DNA of 64,000 nucleotides from a virus: positions 3,874-67,873 of IMG/VR virus record IMGVR_UViG_3300027759_000080; one strand, given 5' to 3'. This document shows, one piece after another, positions 59,704 to 64,000 of this stretch. The stretch's first letter is position 1, and each line of letters starts with the position of its first letter. Both the position numbers and the translations under genes were made by a program. The notes beneath the pieces are model-generated. The model made no database searches. It was given only the letters and a program-made list of their open reading frames with translations, and had not been told where the DNA came from.

Positions 59704-61833
59704 ATGCAATTAGATATTAATACATACCCTGCGGTTCAACCCTTACAAACAGTTGAAAACGAAAAGTGGGACGAGGATAATTACTGGAAACAGAATGTCC
59801 GTTGGGTTTGTTCTATGTATAATCAATTAGTAGTAACACCTCAATTAGTGGGACTTCCTAACCAAGACCCTTTCTACGGTCTTCAAAATAGATATGTTCC
59901 ACAATATGTAAAGTTTGCTAGATACGTTTTTGGATGGCAGTACGGAACTTCTTACGAGCTAACAGCAAAGGACGGAAACAATAACAACACTCAAATACCT
60001 TTGTATAGAGGTAAGGATATTATAGCTTTATTTAATTACTTTAGAGGAAAGTTCGGATATTTAATTAAGCCTATTCCAGATATTATGCAGGCTGGTTGTA
60101 TAGCTGGTGATGCATTAAGCAGAAAGACTACAGAAAAGAATGTAATGAAGTACATGATGGATGGTAGAAACTTTTTAAAGCAACAACAAGCATTAGGGAA
60201 TATTCAAGTAGAGGCAGGAACAGATTTAGATATTACAGACGAACAAGATATAGAGGCTTTGTACACTAACTTTGTAGAGGCAAGTGAGAAGACTTATGTT
60301 AAATTCGGTAAGAGTTTCTATATCTCAAATGAGTGCTACGACCAATTTATAAAAGGAGCTCAGTACTGTTTTATCGGAGGCAGAGCAACATCATTCATCA
60401 CAGAAAGAAATGGTAAGGTATATATGGATTTAGTTCCACCTGAGTACGCTGTTGTTGACATGAATAAGAATGATGACCAACATAGAGATGATGATTATGC
60501 TGGACAAATTAAACCATACTCAGTATCTGATGTTGTTTCTAAATGGAAGTTAACTCAAGAAGAGGCTGAAGACCTTGAAAGAATTGCAAGAGATGGAACA
60601 AGTCAAGCCCCTTATGTAACAGGATGGGTTAACTTTAACTGGTACAGTAATTATAATGGTGTGCCTAAAGTTTGGGTAGCAGAGAAAGTACAGTGGCAAT
60701 CAATTACTTATATTGACAAAGTCCCTGTATCTTGCATAAGAGAAGCTACATTAATTGGTAATAAGTACTTAAAAGACCAAAAGATTGTTGCTAACTCTAT
60801 ACTAGACAAAAGAGACAAAAGAAGAAAGAGATTGAGCTATATTACTTGTACTCCTAATACAATACTAGGTGCAAACCAAGGTGTAATTGGTATGGTAAGT
60901 GATATGCAGGATATTAAGGATAGTTTAATTACTATGATGCTTAACTCTGTAGCTAGAAGTATAGGAAAGGCAATATATATTGACACAGCTCAACTTCCTG
61001 AAGGAATGAGAAGTCCTGAGTTTTTATCACAGCTAAAACAAAATGGTGTGATTGCAGCTAACAGGTCTGAAATTGATGCTGACCAGAAAATGAACCCTCT
61101 AATCGAGGTAATGGACTTAACACTAGACCCTAATATTAACTCACTCTTAAATCAAGTAGCATACTTTGACAATGCAATAGCAGATGTTTTAAATATGCCT
61201 AAGAATGTAAGATTAGGAAGCGGTTCATATCAATCAGAAGGACAGAGAACTAGTAACGCAGAGAATAGTGATACAGGTAATCAGTGGTTGTACGGAAGTT
61301 TAACTAAGTGGATTGAGAATAATATAGAATTTGCTGCTGACTTATGGATTAAGATAGCTGCTGAAGGTGGTGAAGACATAGCTGTAATGGTAGGTGATAC
61401 TATGGCTGAAATGCTAACCAATAAAGAGATTCAAGACTGTTACGATAGTGATTATAAGATGTACTTAAACTTTGATAATACTGTAACTCAAGAAGCTAAG
61501 GTAACCTTACAAGGAATGGCAGTACAAGAGGCTGGTGTTAATCCTGATGCTAAATTAGAATTCTTAAATATATTAGAACTTAAAACTATTTCTAGTATGA
61601 AGAGCTACTTACAGAACGAGAAGCGTAAGAGACAGCAAAGAGAAGATGCAGCTATCAGACAACAGCAAGAAGCAGCAGCGGCTAACTCACAGATGCAGGC
61701 AGAAGCTCAACAGAACATAGCTGCACAACAAGCAAATGCTTCTCTAGAGAATTCAGCAATGAATAACAATGCTAAGCAAGAGGAGATGATGTTGCAGAAT
61801 GAAATGAATAATGCACAACCACCACAACAATAG
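59704..61833 (+). CDS. Portal protein
   Basis: 709 aa after terL; 'Q..KD', 'YID..QLP', Q-rich C-terminal coil. Confidence 0.8.
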   Translation: MQLDINTYPAVQPLQTVENEKWDEDNYWKQNVRWVCSMYNQLVVTPQLVGLPNQDPFYGLQNRYVPQYVKFARYVFGWQYGTSYELTAKDGNNNNTQIPLYRGKDIIALFNYFRGKFGYLIKPIPDIMQAGCIAGDALSRKTTEKNVMKYMMDGRNFLKQQQALGNIQVEAGTDLDITDEQDIEALYTNFVEASEKTYVKFGKSFYISNECYDQFIKGAQYCFIGGRATSFITERNGKVYMDLVPPEYAVVDMNKNDDQHRDDDYAGQIKPYSVSDVVSKWKLTQEEAEDLERIARDGTSQAPYVTGWVNFNWYSNYNGVPKVWVAEKVQWQSITYIDKVPVSCIREATLIGNKYLKDQKIVANSILDKRDKRRKRLSYITCTPNTILGANQGVIGMVSDMQDIKDSLITMMLNSVARSIGKAIYIDTAQLPEGMRSPEFLSQLKQNGVIAANRSEIDADQKMNPLIEVMDLTLDPNINSLLNQVAYFDNAIADVLNMPKNVRLGSGSYQSEGQRTSNAENSDTGNQWLYGSLTKWIENNIEFAADLWIKIAAEGGEDIAVMVGDTMAEMLTNKEIQDCYDSDYKMYLNFDNTVTQEAKVTLQGMAVQEAGVNPDAKLEFLNILELKTISSMKSYLQNEKRKRQQREDAAIRQQQEAAAANSQMQAEAQQNIAAQQANASLENSAMNNNAKQEEMMLQNEMNNAQPPQQ

Positions 61834-61868
61834 AAAAAAAACACAAAAAAATAAATAATAAAAAAACA

Positions 61869-63059
61869 ATGGATAAGAAAGCACACGTTGAAGTTTACAA
61901 ACTTCGCACAATTGAGAGATGTGAGACATCGCCTCAAATTAAGTTAATGAGTATGAATAACTCAAAAAATATGTATGAATACCTAGCTAATATTGATGGT
62001 ACATATCAATCTTTTTTAGGCTTTCCACAGGAAGAGCATTTAAGAGAAATTGTTGCATTCTACCCTAATATGCCAACAGACCAAAAAGGTTCTAGGTACA
62101 TTTGGGAATACAGTTTAGAGGTTGCTACAGATGAATACTTGTTATTCTTAGAGCAAAATCCTACAGTAGACAGATTAAGCGTTGTAAATTACAAGAATAA
62201 TAAGTCTATAGTTCAGTTATTAAAGAGCCACAGACAAGTTATTTGGAAAGACGGTGGAAGAGAGAACAAGAATAACAATATTAAGAGTGACGTAGTTATT
62301 TTTGAATTAGTTAATACAACTGAAATTACAAGTGTAAAAACTAAATTAGAGAAGTTAGCTATCGAGGCAAGTGCTAAAATTAACTTCTGGAGCGAGTTTG
62401 ATAGTAAAACTTATTTAAACTTCTGTTATTTATGGGGTGTTCAAGGAATTGAGACTTTTACAAAAGAAGCTTTATTTAGTTCTATGATTAATAGCGTAAA
62501 AAGTAATTTGGATAAGTACAGAGAAGTAATAGGTTGGTTAGATAACGAAACTAGAATCTATATTAGTATGGGTCTAGCTACCTTATTAAAAGATGAGAGC
62601 AAGAAGACTATCATAACAAAGGACGGTAACTACTACACCTTTAATAAGGAGTTAGCAGGAGTTACTATAGACGAGGTAGTTAACTACTTTACTACTCATC
62701 CTCAATCATATAGGTTACTAAAGAACTTATTAGATGTTAAGGATAATATAGATGTTGAATTACCTAGCGCACCAAAAGTGTCAATGGACAAGAATGAAAT
62801 AACTCCAGCTATTTCACTTGCTGAACAGGAAAAAGAAAAAGAGAAGCACATTGCTGAAATTGAGCGTAAGTTAACTCAAGTAAAAGAAGGCAAGAACGTA
62901 ATGGGTGAGAAAGAAAAAGGAAGATTTCCTTTAATTGATAACGTGTTGATTACCAATACAGACGTATTGGCTCAATTGGCTAGTACTGAAATAGTTGTTA
63001 AACATGGCTTGCAAAATCATTACTGGGCTAAAGCAAAAGAATACAAACTAACAAACTAA
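61869..63059 (+). CDS. Head-module hypothetical protein
   Basis: 396 aa after portal. Confidence 0.55.
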   Translation: MDKKAHVEVYKLRTIERCETSPQIKLMSMNNSKNMYEYLANIDGTYQSFLGFPQEEHLREIVAFYPNMPTDQKGSRYIWEYSLEVATDEYLLFLEQNPTVDRLSVVNYKNNKSIVQLLKSHRQVIWKDGGRENKNNNIKSDVVIFELVNTTEITSVKTKLEKLAIEASAKINFWSEFDSKTYLNFCYLWGVQGIETFTKEALFSSMINSVKSNLDKYREVIGWLDNETRIYISMGLATLLKDESKKTIITKDGNYYTFNKELAGVTIDEVVNYFTTHPQSYRLLKNLLDVKDNIDVELPSAPKVSMDKNEITPAISLAEQEKEKEKHIAEIERKLTQVKEGKNVMGEKEKGRFPLIDNVLITNTDVLAQLASTEIVVKHGLQNHYWAKAKEYKLTN

Positions 63060-63069
63060 CAAATAAAAA

Positions 63070-63765
63070 ATGAATAACGAGATAGGTTTATTTGACACGA
63101 TAAGTGCAGATTATATAGTAGCAGGTGTAAAGATGGAGTTAGACTTAACTTCTACTACTACCCAAGACTTTTACTTAGAAAATAAAGTAAATGAAGGGAT
63201 AGGAGCTTTACGCAGTGCCTATACATTAATCCCAAGTGTTGCTGTATTAGAAATAGACCCAGAAACGTATTCAGCAAAGTTACCTAAAGGCTTTGTTAGG
63301 CTAGTAGGTAAGAACTCAGTAAGAATATTAGATAACACAAGGAATCAGAGTGACAATGGGACGGTTGTATTAGGTACGACCTCTCCCATTGGTAACTCAA
63401 ACGGATTCTATAAAGGAGATTTAGCTATTAACTTTACCGCACAGGTAGTTGATGGTTACTTGTACTTTGGTAGTGCTATTACACAGACAATGTGTGAAAT
63501 AAGCTATATTGGAACTAACATAGATGCAAACGGAGAACTAAAAATACCAGCCTTGGCTTACAGACCGTTATTAGCATTCGTTTGTTCTGAATGGCTATTT
63601 AAAAACAATGACCCTAAGAGTCAAAAATGGGATTTAAGATGGAAGCAGGGTAAGAGCTGGTTCAAAGGAATAATGGCTCAACCAGATGCTATGGAAGCAC
63701 AATTACTAGGATACATGAACAACCACATGGCTACATATGGTCAAGGCGGTTACTGGATGTTCTAA
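63070..63765 (+). CDS. Putative ring/adaptor protein
   Basis: 'AKLPKGF', 'ISYIG...D.NGEL.IP' pattern. Confidence 0.55.
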   Translation: MNNEIGLFDTISADYIVAGVKMELDLTSTTTQDFYLENKVNEGIGALRSAYTLIPSVAVLEIDPETYSAKLPKGFVRLVGKNSVRILDNTRNQSDNGTVVLGTTSPIGNSNGFYKGDLAINFTAQVVDGYLYFGSAITQTMCEISYIGTNIDANGELKIPALAYRPLLAFVCSEWLFKNNDPKSQKWDLRWKQGKSWFKGIMAQPDAMEAQLLGYMNNHMATYGQGGYWMF

Positions 63766-63980
63766 ATCTTTAAGAAATTATTTTTATATCTAGTAAGACT
63801 TCCTTTTATTATGGAGGTCTTATCTAAACCTAGAAGAGCACATAACTCAAATAGCTCTACAACCTCACGTTGAGTACACCTAAAATTTATTATGGAACTT
63901 CCGTTCTTAGAGTTATTAAGAACCTTTATGCATTGCTCACTTAGTTTTTGACTAGGGAGGTTTGCAATTCTCTCTAACAA
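63762..63980 (-). CDS. Possible ribbon-helix-helix DNA-binding protein
   Basis: 'IINFRCT..E...L...C..LGL.K.SII'; start uncertain. Confidence 0.4.
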   Translation of the reverse strand: MLERIANLPSQKLSEQCIKVLNNSKNGSSIINFRCTQREVVELFELCALLGLDKTSIIKGSLTRYKNNFLKI

Positions 63981-64000
63981 CCTAATATCTATCGTTTTAT

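Noticed and set aside
1-64000. Stop-codon recoding as in some crAss-like phages
   Set aside because: Long genes are intact in the standard code; TAG ends holin and portal normally; no suppressor tRNA seen

Overview
Most of a ~65+ kb, AT-rich, standard-code dsDNA phage of Bacteroidota (host inferred from repeated TTG-N18-21-TAnnTTTG promoters and A-rich, SD-less starts), with a crAss-like/podovirus virion module. Layout: tail ring/stabilization/fibre genes, a GIY-YIG endonuclease and a holin-lysozyme-u-spanin cassette (+, 1-12.3 kb); a leftward block of recombination and small early genes (12.3-25.6 kb); a non-coding control region with an HTH gene, serine resolvase and KilA-N gene (25.6-28.5 kb); more small leftward genes; a rightward initiator/helicase module (33.7-37.2 kb); putative ejected proteins including a 2900-aa polyvalent protein with RelA/SpoT-like and zincin domains; ferritin; tail proteins; terminase; portal. 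No major capsid, DNA polymerase or RNA polymerase gene was recognised. The most notable signal is an RNA layer in the early operon: a complete type I hammerhead ribozyme, three covarying tRNA-half-like T-loop elements at gene junctions, a structured boxA-like leader, and two terminator-ended segments elsewhere that are complementary to early-gene start codons. Out-of-frame genes also appear nested in the giant protein gene. All calls are by eye; no searches were run.
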